This document shows positions 26,278-35,398 of a stretch of DNA of 64,000 nt, one piece after another. The translations under genes were made by a program, and so were the position numbers. The notes under the pieces were generated by a model. The model did no database searches, had not been told where the DNA came from, and worked only from the letters and a program-made list of their open reading frames with translations. How positions within the stretch are numbered: position 1 is the stretch's first letter; each line of letters begins with the position of its first letter. This DNA comes from a phage, in the sequence record PZ445551.1; one strand, given 5' to 3'.

Positions 26278-26736
26278 ATGAAAACTGTATCTTTGTATCT
26301 TGCTAACACGGAGCGTGTACATAATCTTGTAAAAGAATGCGGTGTGAGTGTTCAATTTAATACAGGAAAGCCTTCCGTGGTGACAGGCAGTGAGATATGT
26401 GTTATTGATTTCCTCAATGAATATTTTCGTGGAAAACCTATTGCTCGTCACTTCATTCAAGAAATGCGAGATGTACTACAGGCTTATGAATTCTACCCTG
26501 AAGTTTGTGAACGCTATGAAACGATTCTTAGCTCTGTAGAAGATCCAGATACTAGTGAAACAGGTGCTTCCCACTTGCTGTGGATGTTGAATGAAATTCA
26601 GGATGGGTGTAATGGTATGTCTGAAACCAAACGCCATCGTTGGCTAGGCTATATTCAGGGTGTTATGGTTATGAAAAACCTTATTACAGTGAATGATGAA
26701 CGTAACGCTACACGCCCAGTCTTTAATGGAGCATAA
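26278..26736 (+). CDS. hypothetical protein (152 aa)
   Basis: ORF with SD TGAGAGGTG. Confidence 0.55.
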   Translation: MKTVSLYLANTERVHNLVKECGVSVQFNTGKPSVVTGSEICVIDFLNEYFRGKPIARHFIQEMRDVLQAYEFYPEVCERYETILSSVEDPDTSETGASHLLWMLNEIQDGCNGMSETKRHRWLGYIQGVMVMKNLITVNDERNATRPVFNGA

Positions 26737-26737
26737 C

Positions 26738-26953
26738 ATGAAAAGCATTAGGGTGTGTATCGAAAATAATTGTGGTTATCTGGGGTTGACACACGTCGCT
26801 TTCCCTCTTATATTGGATGCCGATATAGCTTACAGCGGAGTTGCTTATGTGTCATTCAAAACAATGAGCCAAGTACCTGGCTGGAATTGGGAAGTGGTTG
26901 ATGTTGTTGAAGGAGAAGACTATGTTTTCCTTCCACACGAATATACAGTTTAA
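26738..26953 (+). CDS. hypothetical protein (71 aa)
   Basis: Start refined to MKSIRVCI. Confidence 0.5.
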   Translation: MKSIRVCIENNCGYLGLTHVAFPLILDADIAYSGVAYVSFKTMSQVPGWNWEVVDVVEGEDYVFLPHEYTV

Positions 26954-26967
26954 AAGAGGAAAAGAAG

Positions 26968-27144
26968 ATGGATAAACAAACTACTATGTACTTAGTAACA
27001 AAGAATACCCCAGGCTGGAGCCAATGCAGCACTGTTCCTTATAAGATCTGTGCAACATTAGAACTAGCACAACGTGCAGAAGCAGAAGTGAATGCCATGC
27101 AATACAGCTATGGTGAAATCATTCCTTTTACTCTTGAACAATAA
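26968..27144 (+). CDS. small protein (about 58 aa)
   Basis: Not in ORF track; SD AAAGAGGAAAAGAAG. Confidence 0.4.
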   Translation: MDKQTTMYLVTKNTPGWSQCSTVPYKICATLELAQRAEAEVNAMQYSYGEIIPFTLEQ

Positions 27145-27155
27145 GGATTTGTGTA

Positions 27156-27608
27156 ATGTTTGAAATTGGTAAAGTGTATCGTTTTAAGAACCCATCTTAT
27201 ATCCGTAAGTTTGCTAACGTGTCTGAGTGCAATAGCAGGATTGCTTCTTTCTTAGGTGATTCTTATTTTCGTGTATTAGATGTGGATGATTGGTATGGTG
27301 TCACTGCTTTGCAATCCTTGGCAGGAGAACAAGAAATTATCGCTCAAAATGAAGGAGACTTTCTTCAGTGTTACACGTTGCTTGCAAAAAGTGAGTTTGA
27401 GTATTTTGTAGAAGTCTTAGAGGAAGCACCAAAAAGTAAACACGAAGAGAAATACCTGCTTGTAGTGGATGGAGTTCCGATCATGGAAACCATCTCCCGT
27501 GAGGAAGTTGAAAAAGAGGCGAAACGTTACAAACTGGATCGTACACAGAGTGTAGTTGAAATCTATTCTCTTGTTGGTGTTGCAGATATTAGTGTGAACA
27601 TCGTATAA
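27156..27608 (+). CDS. hypothetical protein (150 aa)
   Basis: ORF with SD AAGGATTTGTGTA. Confidence 0.55.
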   Translation: MFEIGKVYRFKNPSYIRKFANVSECNSRIASFLGDSYFRVLDVDDWYGVTALQSLAGEQEIIAQNEGDFLQCYTLLAKSEFEYFVEVLEEAPKSKHEEKYLLVVDGVPIMETISREEVEKEAKRYKLDRTQSVVEIYSLVGVADISVNIV

Positions 27609-27611
27609 TAT

Positions 27612-27824
27612 ATGTGTAATGACAGATACATTCTCCGTGTATCTGATAAGTCTCCTATGTTTGACTGGCGGGGCTGGTGGCTACTAGCTCCGATGCAAGG
27701 TCTGACAGACGTGGAAAAGGAGGCTTATGTGTATACAAAAGAAGAGATAGAAGATAGCCTTTATTTGACAGATAACATTAAGAATGGTATCTTTGAGTGT
27801 AAATTGAAAGGAGAGGAAGAATGA
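27612..27824 (+). CDS. hypothetical protein (70 aa)
   Basis: ORF in same-strand block. Confidence 0.5.
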   Translation: MCNDRYILRVSDKSPMFDWRGWWLLAPMQGLTDVEKEAYVYTKEEIEDSLYLTDNIKNGIFECKLKGEEE

Positions 27825-28120
27825 CTATTACAGAAAAACTGCGCTGTATTGCAAAGCAAAGTGGAGAAGGTTTATGGTTTCCTATTGAGGAAATTATTCA
27901 GGACTGTTATGATCAGGCTAAGACTGGCAAATACTCCAAAGCATTTAAACCGTCTGTTTTCGGTTTGGATGACTATCCAAAAAATGAACAAGCAAAGAAA
28001 CGACAAGTTGATTTGATTGATCTTGCTATGGAAGCACTACGAGAGCATGGGCTTAGTAAGGTGTATGCTTTAAACACCAAAGAGGGCTTTGTAGATTCAG
28101 TGATCGTAGACTGGTATTAA
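27821..28120 (+). CDS. hypothetical protein (99 aa)
   Basis: ATGA overlap with upstream gene. Confidence 0.55.
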   Translation: MTITEKLRCIAKQSGEGLWFPIEEIIQDCYDQAKTGKYSKAFKPSVFGLDDYPKNEQAKKRQVDLIDLAMEALREHGLSKVYALNTKEGFVDSVIVDWY

Positions 28121-28129
28121 GGAGAAGCC

Positions 28130-28498
28130 ATGCAAGAAAATAATAAAGTGTGTAACATGAAAAGCAGCCCCTATTTGCTACAATTTTATGAGTGGTGGTT
28201 AGAACAAGAAGATACAAACTTTAGCAAAAAGCATTATGGTCTTTGCACGTGTCTTGTAGACTTCTTATACAATATTGCTTGGATAAAAGATGTTGAGAAT
28301 GTAGCAAACCTCCAGTCCTCTGTACGAGAGGAAATGAAGGAACAGTTTAAGAAAGCAGGTTTGAACCATTTACACCCATTTAATACAGATTTCTCACATT
28401 ACTTTACGGAAACAGAGTTAGGCATTGCACACCTTAACAAAGAACGTGTACAATGGGTGATTGATCGTATTCGTGATATGGAGGAATATAATGGTTAA
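28130..28498 (+). CDS. paralogous family A protein, copy 3
   Basis: Conserved family A motifs (LLQFYEWW, GLCTCLVD, PFN, QWVIDRI); SD AAGGAGAAG. Confidence 0.6.
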   Translation: MQENNKVCNMKSSPYLLQFYEWWLEQEDTNFSKKHYGLCTCLVDFLYNIAWIKDVENVANLQSSVREEMKEQFKKAGLNHLHPFNTDFSHYFTETELGIAHLNKERVQWVIDRIRDMEEYNG

Positions 28499-28700
28499 GT
28501 TTAAAACTTTCTGTGCAATCTCTGTTTGTCTTATTCTTGCATACGTGTTATTCTCTAGTATCATTCGTTTAGGTGAGTATATGGCAAGAGAAGCTCGTGA
28601 AAGTGAAGCTAAAAAAGAACAGTGCATCGTGTTAAAGCACCAAAGGGATGCTGAAAAATTTCTTGAACAGGATTGTGGGCGCTATGTGAATTATAATTAG
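28491..28700 (+). CDS. small membrane-anchored protein, family B copy 1
   Basis: TM helix plus KEQCIVLKHQRDAEKFLEQDC motif shared with ORF at 33489; SD GGAGGAA. Confidence 0.5.
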   Translation: MVKFKTFCAISVCLILAYVLFSSIIRLGEYMAREARESEAKKEQCIVLKHQRDAEKFLEQDCGRYVNYN

Positions 28701-28709
28701 GAGGGAAGT

Positions 28710-28958
28710 ATGTTAGATATTTTTACCTTTGATCGTGTTGGTACACCGATTACCGAAGAAGAACGTACCAAAATTGAACAAGAATTGGATGCTTTACGTG
28801 CGTCTCTTACAGACACAGCCTCACTACAACGTGAAGCTGCACATCTCACAGAGATCACTGGTATTCAGTGGAGCACGGAGTGGGTTGTAATTACAATTGA
28901 AGCGGATATTTGGGGACATGAAGAGACGCTACGTACCGGAGTAGTAACGGTTTGGTGA
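28710..28958 (+). CDS. hypothetical protein (82 aa)
   Basis: SD AGGAGGGAAG upstream. Confidence 0.55.
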   Translation: MLDIFTFDRVGTPITEEERTKIEQELDALRASLTDTASLQREAAHLTEITGIQWSTEWVVITIEADIWGHEETLRTGVVTVW

Positions 28959-29004
28959 TAGATGTTATTCTTTTGTGTTTCTTGATATATAAATAGGAGG
29001 GTTT

Positions 29005-29229
29005 ATGGTAAAACGTCTGGAATGGGATGCGTGTACTGCTCACGCTTGTCACTGTAATATTGTGGAAGATCCTAATGGAGAAATGGTGTATTATGAGGAT
29101 TACGAAGCATTGCATAATGCTGTGATCGCTTTACTGGATGATATTAGCTCACGCTATCCAGGACAACAGTTTACGTGTCCACATATCCAACTATTAGCCA
29201 AACTTACGGAGTATCCAAGTGTTTCATAA
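29005..29229 (+). CDS. hypothetical protein (74 aa)
   Basis: SD AGGAGGG upstream; TATAAATA octamer immediately upstream. Confidence 0.55.
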   Translation: MVKRLEWDACTAHACHCNIVEDPNGEMVYYEDYEALHNAVIALLDDISSRYPGQQFTCPHIQLLAKLTEYPSVS

Positions 29230-29230
29230 T

Positions 29231-29398
29231 ATGGGTGTCCCTGAACAACTCCTCTTTATTGTAGGATTAGTGGGCTTATTAGCGGCTGGAGCCAAAGCCG
29301 CTTCTCACACGCATCACATAATGTTAAGATTTCTGTTCCTACTCCCTTCTATCCTTGTATTATTAGTCATATTGATTGATAACATTTTTCACAATTAA
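29231..29398 (+). CDS. small membrane protein (about 55 aa)
   Basis: Not in ORF track; two hydrophobic helices. Confidence 0.35.
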   Translation: MGVPEQLLFIVGLVGLLAAGAKAASHTHHIMLRFLFLLPSILVLLVILIDNIFHN

Positions 29399-29407
29399 GG
29401 AGAGGTT

Positions 29408-29992
29408 ATGAGTAAAATTATACCAAGCAGTTATGAATTATTGCAGTTTTATGTATATTACTTAGACTGGGTTAATAGATCGAATGTTAAAGACAATGCG
29501 ATGTTTAGTAAAAACATCTGTTTAACAGAAAGTATCTTCCGTTATTGGCACACAGGCAGAAAGTGTACACACAGTGAAGCTATGCGTATTGTAGGTGAAT
29601 ACCTGGAGCAATTGCAAAAAGCAGAACTTCCTGTCCTTCACCCATTCAACGAATCTAAAGAAGAATTAGAACAAGAGTGTAGAGAAGGTAAGTGCCATTT
29701 AAATGAAAAACGTATCGAATGGGTGAGGCAACGTTTAGCCGATGCAGGAAAGACTCCTAGTGACTCTGACTATACGTGGTATGATGTAGAGGGTTTAGTT
29801 CAAGGTTTTGAGGCTTGTGCTATAGATAATACCAACTTTGCCAAAGTTTTATGTGAGGCTTATGATCTGGCAGATAAAATCCGAAATCACGGATGGAAAC
29901 AAGAGCATAAAGAATCATATGAACGCCTTGACAAGATTTTCAAACAGATCTATTCTAACCACAAGAAGATGTTCCAAATGGAGGATGTGTAA
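29408..29992 (+). CDS. paralogous family A protein, copy 4, with C-terminal extension
   Basis: Family A motifs in N-terminal 120 aa (LLQFYVYYLDW, PFN, EWVRQRL); SD AAGGAGAGG. Confidence 0.6.
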   Translation: MSKIIPSSYELLQFYVYYLDWVNRSNVKDNAMFSKNICLTESIFRYWHTGRKCTHSEAMRIVGEYLEQLQKAELPVLHPFNESKEELEQECREGKCHLNEKRIEWVRQRLADAGKTPSDSDYTWYDVEGLVQGFEACAIDNTNFAKVLCEAYDLADKIRNHGWKQEHKESYERLDKIFKQIYSNHKKMFQMEDV

Positions 29993-30678
29993 TGAAAGAG
30001 ATTATGTTTGAAGGGCATTGTTACGAAGTTCCAGACAATGCAAATTTCATGGCTCGTGATATCACTGGAGATGTGTTCTGGTTTGAAGATGAACCTATGT
30101 TTTCTTCGAACAAACACTGGTTTTCACAACAATCTTCTTCGGAAAATATGACTTTTGGCTACGTAGAGTCTAAAGTACGTTGCAAAGCAGCTTCTTCTTT
30201 GGTAAAAATTTCCCAAGATGACCAAGAAAATACTCAAGATGTTGTTAGTGCGCTACTGAAGTACATTGCAGAACTTGAGAAGAAAATTAAAGAAGCAGAA
30301 ACTAAGGTGAAAGCACGATCAGCAATCATCGAAACTATGTCTGAACGTATTTTAGAACTAGAAGATTTGTGTGGAGAGGCTTATCAAGTGGTTGGTGCGC
30401 TGGCGTGTGAAGCACAAATGTTTGAAACTTCAGAACAAGTTTCGCATATGTTAGATAATTTGAGTGAATGTAAAATGATTCATGATGATGTATTGCCATT
30501 TTGTTGCAATGTTAACAAAACAGAGCAAACACAAGATTCAGAAACAGTTTATGTTCCGCTAATGTGTGTTCCAGATCATCTAAAAGGTGTATTCTCTTGT
30601 AAATGGTCGCTGTTGAGCGTTACTAATTGTGGTGAAAACTATTCTGCCAACATTGAATTGCTAAAACACGTTAAATAA
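29992..30678 (+). CDS. hypothetical protein with central coiled-coil (228 aa)
   Basis: ATGA overlap; heptad-like charged segment. Confidence 0.55.
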   Translation: MKEIMFEGHCYEVPDNANFMARDITGDVFWFEDEPMFSSNKHWFSQQSSSENMTFGYVESKVRCKAASSLVKISQDDQENTQDVVSALLKYIAELEKKIKEAETKVKARSAIIETMSERILELEDLCGEAYQVVGALACEAQMFETSEQVSHMLDNLSECKMIHDDVLPFCCNVNKTEQTQDSETVYVPLMCVPDHLKGVFSCKWSLLSVTNCGENYSANIELLKHVK

Positions 30679-30688
30679 GGAGAGTAAT

Positions 30689-31093
30689 ATGTGGTCTGTT
30701 AAAATCAAATATAATGCGCAGTATTATGGTGGAAAGCCTTACGAAGTTGTTATTTGTGATTGTATCTCTAAAGAAGTTGCACAGCTTTGTGGCGCTGGTG
30801 TTAGTGAAGCTATGAACAAAATGCATAACTCTACTGTGCGTTACTTGGATCAAGATATTCCAGAAGATGTAAATGACTATGCTTACGAAGTTATTTACAG
30901 TGAAGGTAAGAAGCTCTCTATTGAAGATGCACTTAAAGCACTACCTGCTATGTGCAGCCCAACACCAAAAGCAGTTAAAGAGATTTTACCAGAATCCAAC
31001 CCCGATGAATATGCTGCTATGGTTGCTTCGGACATGTGGAATCTCTGTCGAGAAACTATGATTAAAAATCTGGTGGAAATGGCGCATGAGTAA
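30689..31093 (+). CDS. hypothetical protein (134 aa)
   Basis: SD AAGGAGAG upstream. Confidence 0.55.
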   Translation: MWSVKIKYNAQYYGGKPYEVVICDCISKEVAQLCGAGVSEAMNKMHNSTVRYLDQDIPEDVNDYAYEVIYSEGKKLSIEDALKALPAMCSPTPKAVKEILPESNPDEYAAMVASDMWNLCRETMIKNLVEMAHE

Positions 31094-31304
31094 AACGCAC
31101 TTTATACATCCGTTTGATCCAAAGAACAAGGCGGTTATACACCGCCGTTGGACTGAAACGCGCATTACAAAATGTCCTGTGCCAGCAGCACAGGAATATA
31201 ACAAAACATATAAAGCAGAATTTGTGGAGTACACCTTTGTAAATAACAAAGGGAAGGAGGTTTATGTTCCAGAATACTGCCTTTGGATAAAATGGGAGGA
31301 ATAA
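31086..31304 (+). CDS. hypothetical protein (72 aa)
   Basis: Overlapping start in same-strand block. Confidence 0.5.
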   Translation: MSKTHFIHPFDPKNKAVIHRRWTETRITKCPVPAAQEYNKTYKAEFVEYTFVNNKGKEVYVPEYCLWIKWEE

Positions 31305-31471
31305 TGCAAACATTTTTTATCGACAAGTTCAATAAAAGTATGAACACGTGGATGGCAACATTCACTATGCAATTTGCGTCATTTAAAGAAGCTCAAGAAT
31401 GGTGCGATCAACACAAGGATTTTGATTTTTACTATCAAGTTAATGCAAACCTTTCTCCAGAGGAGAAATAA
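31304..31471 (+). CDS. hypothetical protein (55 aa)
   Basis: Start refined to MQTFFIDK with SD GGGAGGAA. Confidence 0.45.
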   Translation: MQTFFIDKFNKSMNTWMATFTMQFASFKEAQEWCDQHKDFDFYYQVNANLSPEEK

Positions 31472-31472
31472 T

Positions 31473-31817
31473 ATGTTGGCTGATATTGAAATCCTTATGT
31501 ACCGACAAGGTATGATCAAAATGTGGCTAGATTCTTTTAGCAACATATACTGCACAGTACGATCAGCAGACGAGCGTAAAACGCTTATTTTATCTGCTAT
31601 TGTTGATAAACAACGTTTCTTCAAAGAAATTTTGCAAACAGGCTTCTCCGATGCAGGAGTAGAGATTGCAACGCTTAGTCTTGGAGTGCTGTCTTACTTG
31701 GAATCCGTTGTTTTATATGTCTTCTCTTTAGAAGAACACTTGCAATTTGAAGCATTAAAACTTATCTTAGATGCTGCAATTGACATAGAACAAAATCGAA
31801 TTGATTCTTTTGAATAA
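31473..31817 (+). CDS. hypothetical protein (114 aa)
   Basis: Start refined to MLADIEIL with SD GAGGAGAAA. Confidence 0.5.
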   Translation: MLADIEILMYRQGMIKMWLDSFSNIYCTVRSADERKTLILSAIVDKQRFFKEILQTGFSDAGVEIATLSLGVLSYLESVVLYVFSLEEHLQFEALKLILDAAIDIEQNRIDSFE

Positions 31818-31833
31818 AAATAAGGAGGAAACT

Positions 31834-32292
31834 ATGCAAGAGGTTAAACATTATCCACATGGTCGTAGTTTTGTAGCTGTATGGCATGTTCCTGCTCGTA
31901 ATGAACTATTTTGCGCATCTTTTCATTACAAAGATGGACAATATTTCACCTATGACGAGACGATGGATGATTTCATCCCAGAGTGCGATCATGGGTATAC
32001 ACCAATGTTCTTTAAACGTATGAAAGCTCGTTTCTTCGTTACAGATGTTGATGGTGAACCTACTTGGCACATCGAAGAAGATTGGCAAGATTCTGTGGAT
32101 ATTAAAGAAGCCCCAGAATGGGCTACATTACTGGTACACGTCAAAACCCCTACTCTTGACGTTATGGCGTGGGTTAATCATGATGATACCCATTACCAAT
32201 ACATAAATGGTAGCACAGAGATTTCTGGTGAGATTATTGGTCGTTGGAAGCCTACGAATCAGGTTGCTATTGTCGGGTATAAGACAGTATAA
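31834..32292 (+). CDS. hypothetical protein (152 aa)
   Basis: Start refined with SD AAGGAGGAA. Confidence 0.55.
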   Translation: MQEVKHYPHGRSFVAVWHVPARNELFCASFHYKDGQYFTYDETMDDFIPECDHGYTPMFFKRMKARFFVTDVDGEPTWHIEEDWQDSVDIKEAPEWATLLVHVKTPTLDVMAWVNHDDTHYQYINGSTEISGEIIGRWKPTNQVAIVGYKTV

Positions 32293-32293
32293 T

Positions 32294-32488
32294 ATGAAAA
32301 ATAGTGTAGATTGGGATGATTTATCCGATTTTGAAAAATGGTTCTTAGGTAGTGGTTGTTATGCAGATGGGGATCTCGAAAGAGATCCTTCTGGAAACTA
32401 CACTATGCCATTAACCCAAGGTTTTTATGAGTGCTGGTGCGCAGCACAAAACAACGTACTGAATAAGGAGACAACACAATGCAATTAA
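32294..32488 (+). CDS. hypothetical protein (64 aa)
   Basis: Start refined to MKNSVDWD. Confidence 0.45.
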   Translation: MKNSVDWDDLSDFEKWFLGSGCYADGDLERDPSGNYTMPLTQGFYECWCAAQNNVLNKETTQCN

Positions 32489-32718
32489 ACATCGGACAAC
32501 CAATTTTTGATGCAGATACTGGTCAATATGCAGTGATTGTTGCTCGTATGAGCGGTGATGACCTTATTGTTTCAGAACTACTCGGATCAGATCCGCAACT
32601 GCGCGTAGTATGTGACCTATATCTTCGAGACGAAAGTGATCGCATTGCACTGAAAGAAGATGGTATGCTCTACTATACCTGGACTAGAGATCCTGGGGTA
32701 ACGGAGGTAGAGGTATAA
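32479..32718 (+). CDS. hypothetical protein (79 aa)
   Basis: SD AAGGAGACAACAC upstream. Confidence 0.55.
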   Translation: MQLNIGQPIFDADTGQYAVIVARMSGDDLIVSELLGSDPQLRVVCDLYLRDESDRIALKEDGMLYYTWTRDPGVTEVEV

Positions 32719-33017
32719 TGGTAAGGAATAGGGGTTTACATAAAAGAAGACACCTTACTTACTGGCATCGTAAAGTACATGAACCTGTATCAAAGAAAGA
32801 ATGGCAATATCTGCCTTATGGGAAGGAGCGAAGAAAGTACCTGTTAGCTCACTTAAGGGTACATGGTTCTCTTCCTGTTAACAGTAAGTGGCAATTGCAA
32901 ACAGCTTATGACGAAGATATGAAATATCTGTTAAAGAGAGGCATTATTTGCCTTGTTAAGATAGGACGATGGAAATCTCGTCAATCTTATATCGTACTTA
33001 AACAGGAGAAACGATGA
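32718..33017 (+). CDS. hypothetical basic protein (99 aa)
   Basis: Lys/Arg-rich; SD GGAGGTAGAGG. Confidence 0.5.
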   Translation: MVRNRGLHKRRHLTYWHRKVHEPVSKKEWQYLPYGKERRKYLLAHLRVHGSLPVNSKWQLQTAYDEDMKYLLKRGIICLVKIGRWKSRQSYIVLKQEKR

Positions 33018-33265
33018 ATATCAAAGATGTTGTAGCATACGTAGAAGATGAAGTTAAAAACCATACAAGTTTACTGAAAGTAATGGTTGTGGTTAAAGAT
33101 GGTATTGGACAAGTAAACGTACAACATGTCTTATCTGACACTGTATATAATGTGTTTGAATGTAAAGAAACACCTCATGGAGTACGTGTGGTTTATATTG
33201 ATAACAATTTCAAAGAATGTGTGAGACATACCTTAGAAAATGAACTAAGGATCACAATCTTATGA
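33014..33265 (+). CDS. hypothetical protein (83 aa)
   Basis: ATGA overlap. Confidence 0.55.
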   Translation: MNIKDVVAYVEDEVKNHTSLLKVMVVVKDGIGQVNVQHVLSDTVYNVFECKETPHGVRVVYIDNNFKECVRHTLENELRITIL

Positions 33266-33435
33266 GTTATTATGTTGTACCTTATGCCAATAAGTGGAGA
33301 GTAAGAGAAACTTGTTTTCTATTCTCTTGGTGGGCTACGTTCGGAGATGGTTGTGGAAATGATACAGGAAAGCCTGTAGAGTACGACACAAAAGAAGAAT
33401 GTGAACAGTGGATAAAATTAACACAAAGATGTTGA
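33262..33435 (+). CDS. small Cys-containing protein (about 57 aa)
   Basis: Not in ORF track; ATGA overlap with upstream gene. Confidence 0.35.
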   Translation: MSYYVVPYANKWRVRETCFLFSWWATFGDGCGNDTGKPVEYDTKEECEQWIKLTQRC

Positions 33436-33488
33436 CACGATCTTAACTTCTTGTTAGTATCAATGTGTACTAACGATAAGGAGGGTTT

Positions 33489-33713
33489 ATGAAGTCTGTA
33501 AACAAGTTGCAACAATTTTTGTTATCAACAGCAATCTTTTTGCTTTTGTTAATTGGTATTCTGTATGGTGCATCTAACTTATACAATCTACATAATGATG
33601 TAGAACAGAATAAAGAGAAGTGCATCATTCTAAAACACAAGAAACAAGCAGAAGATTTCTTAAAGAATAAGTGTTACAACTACATTGATTATGAGGAGAC
33701 AAACAATGATTAA
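33489..33713 (+). CDS. small membrane-anchored protein, family B copy 2
   Basis: TM helix plus KEKCIILKHKKQAEDFLKNKC motif; SD AAGGAGGG. Confidence 0.55.
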   Translation: MKSVNKLQQFLLSTAIFLLLLIGILYGASNLYNLHNDVEQNKEKCIILKHKKQAEDFLKNKCYNYIDYEETNND

Positions 33714-33948
33714 AGAATTAGGTATGCGAGTATACAGTGAGTGGACTCCAAGCAATGGCCCAGGAGTTGTTGCAGCTAAATGTATCAATGGTCGTATTGA
33801 GTACCTGGAAGGGTATGAAGATAATGAAGAGTTAGTAGATTATGCTAAATCTTTTATTGAAGATGATACAGACTTTATTGTATTATATGATACAGGAGAG
33901 TTAGAGTATGGGTATGATGGAGATGGGGATATCTTTGAACTTCAATAA
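33706..33948 (+). CDS. hypothetical acidic protein (80 aa)
   Basis: Start refined to MIKELGMR with SD GGAGAC. Confidence 0.5.
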   Translation: MIKELGMRVYSEWTPSNGPGVVAAKCINGRIEYLEGYEDNEELVDYAKSFIEDDTDFIVLYDTGELEYGYDGDGDIFELQ

Positions 33949-34039
33949 GAGTAGTAAGTAAGGTATAAAGAGTATATAGTTAGTTATAGAGTTAGTAACA
34001 TTACATATACTCTTTCCATGTATAACATGGAATATTCTC

Positions 34040-34115
34040 TACCTCGCTATCGCTCGGTATATAAGATTAGGGTAGCATGTTTTTTACGAAAAGTAAAACT
34101 GTTTATACCGATTGA
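34040..34115. repeat. conserved noncoding element, copy 2
   Basis: CTCGCTATCGCTCGG...TTAGGGTAGCATGTTTTTTACGAAAAGTAAAA; 18-nt core identical to copy at 5601-5690. Confidence 0.55.
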
Positions 34116-34155
34116 TAGCAGGTTTTTAATAGATTCTATCTATGAGGAGTAGAAA

Positions 34156-34374
34156 GTGTACAAATTATATAAAGGAAAAGATAAGTTTACGGGTAATACA
34201 TCTGGTTTCTATGTAACACCACGTGGCGTTGCCGTATTTGATTGGATTCCTGGTACTCCAGATCGTGAAATGATCTCTCTTGTAAAACTGTCGGAACAAG
34301 AGTACACTTACGGTGACATTACAACATTCTATTCTCGTGCAGAAAATCCAAAACTGATTGCGGAGTGGGAATAA
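34156..34374 (+). CDS. hypothetical protein (72 aa), probable GTG start
   Basis: SD GAGGAG upstream of GTG. Confidence 0.5.
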   Translation: MYKLYKGKDKFTGNTSGFYVTPRGVAVFDWIPGTPDREMISLVKLSEQEYTYGDITTFYSRAENPKLIAEWE

Positions 34375-34637
34375 TGGTTACACGATATGATTTAGAGGTG
34401 TACAGCCAAGGTGCTGCTGGTCAATGTGATATTGTACCAGATCCAGAAGGAGACTATGTTCTTCTTGCTGATTACAACAAGCTAGAAGAAAGACTTCTGG
34501 CTGTGTATGCTAAAGAGAACAAAACAATCTGTCCTTATTGCAATGGAATGGGTTGGGTGGTTGCAGATGTTGGACAAATGTATGAGTGTGTACCTTGTAA
34601 AACCACAGGCTTTATTGAAAAGGATACTGACAAATGA
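34374..34637 (+). CDS. zinc-ribbon protein (CxxC..CxxC)
   Basis: ICPYCNGMGW ... CVPCKTTGF; TAATG coupling. Confidence 0.5.
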   Translation: MVTRYDLEVYSQGAAGQCDIVPDPEGDYVLLADYNKLEERLLAVYAKENKTICPYCNGMGWVVADVGQMYECVPCKTTGFIEKDTDK

Positions 34638-34882
34638 CTGTAGCAGATAAAATGAGAGAACTGGCAGAAAACGCAGAACTTAACAAAGCAAAGGAGAGTT
34701 TACAAAACATCTACGCGTATATTGAAAGAGCAGCTAAAGATGGAGACAGAGAAGCCGCTATATACACGCTTTATCCAACTTTTGTAAAAGTTAGTTTGGA
34801 TGCTGAAGGTTTTTCAACTTTTATTGATACAGAAACATCTCATTACGATGAAAACTTTACTCGAATAGTTATTCGATGGTAA
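34634..34882 (+). CDS. hypothetical protein (82 aa)
   Basis: ATGA overlap. Confidence 0.55.
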   Translation: MTVADKMRELAENAELNKAKESLQNIYAYIERAAKDGDREAAIYTLYPTFVKVSLDAEGFSTFIDTETSHYDENFTRIVIRW

Positions 34883-34987
34883 ATTTCTGATATTTATGCG
34901 CCCTGGTTACCTGGGCGTAATAAATTCAGCTTATATTTGATCCGCGCCTTCGGCGCTTAGGCAAAGCCACGCCACACAGGAGAGTTT

Positions 34988-35398
34988 ATGTTCAAATGGT
35001 TAAAAGAGTTTCTAACATCTTTGGTAGAACCTAAGCAAGACGTTATTAAAAGCTCTATCACAGGAAAACCGCTTGTTATAGTTACAGGCGGCTTTGGTCA
35101 TGGGTTTTCTCTTAAACAAACAGATATAGGTTTACAGGGATCTTTGATTAGTTTTAGAATCACTCAATTAGGAGATAATAGACAAACAATCTTAGACCTT
35201 TTCAATGGGGAATTTGATGACTATTTATCCAAGAGTGGTAAAGAACGTCTGATCGAGCATATAAAACACCGCTATGAGCATGGTGGTTACTACTTAGATA
35301 CAAAACGTAATGCACAAGGTGATCTTGACATAGTTCGTATAGCGTGGGATAATGAATTTAAAACTAAACTTGGTAAACTTCTGGAGGAGTTATGGTAA
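34988..35398 (+). CDS. hypothetical protein (136 aa)
   Basis: SD CAGGAGAG upstream. Confidence 0.55.
   Translation: MFKWLKEFLTSLVEPKQDVIKSSITGKPLVIVTGGFGHGFSLKQTDIGLQGSLISFRITQLGDNRQTILDLFNGEFDDYLSKSGKERLIEHIKHRYEHGGYYLDTKRNAQGDLDIVRIAWDNEFKTKLGKLLEELW

Noticed and set aside
28982-28992. TATAAATA octamer upstream of ORF 29005 as a T4-type late promoter
   Set aside because: Single occurrence in the window; AT-rich sequence makes chance matches likely, so not called.
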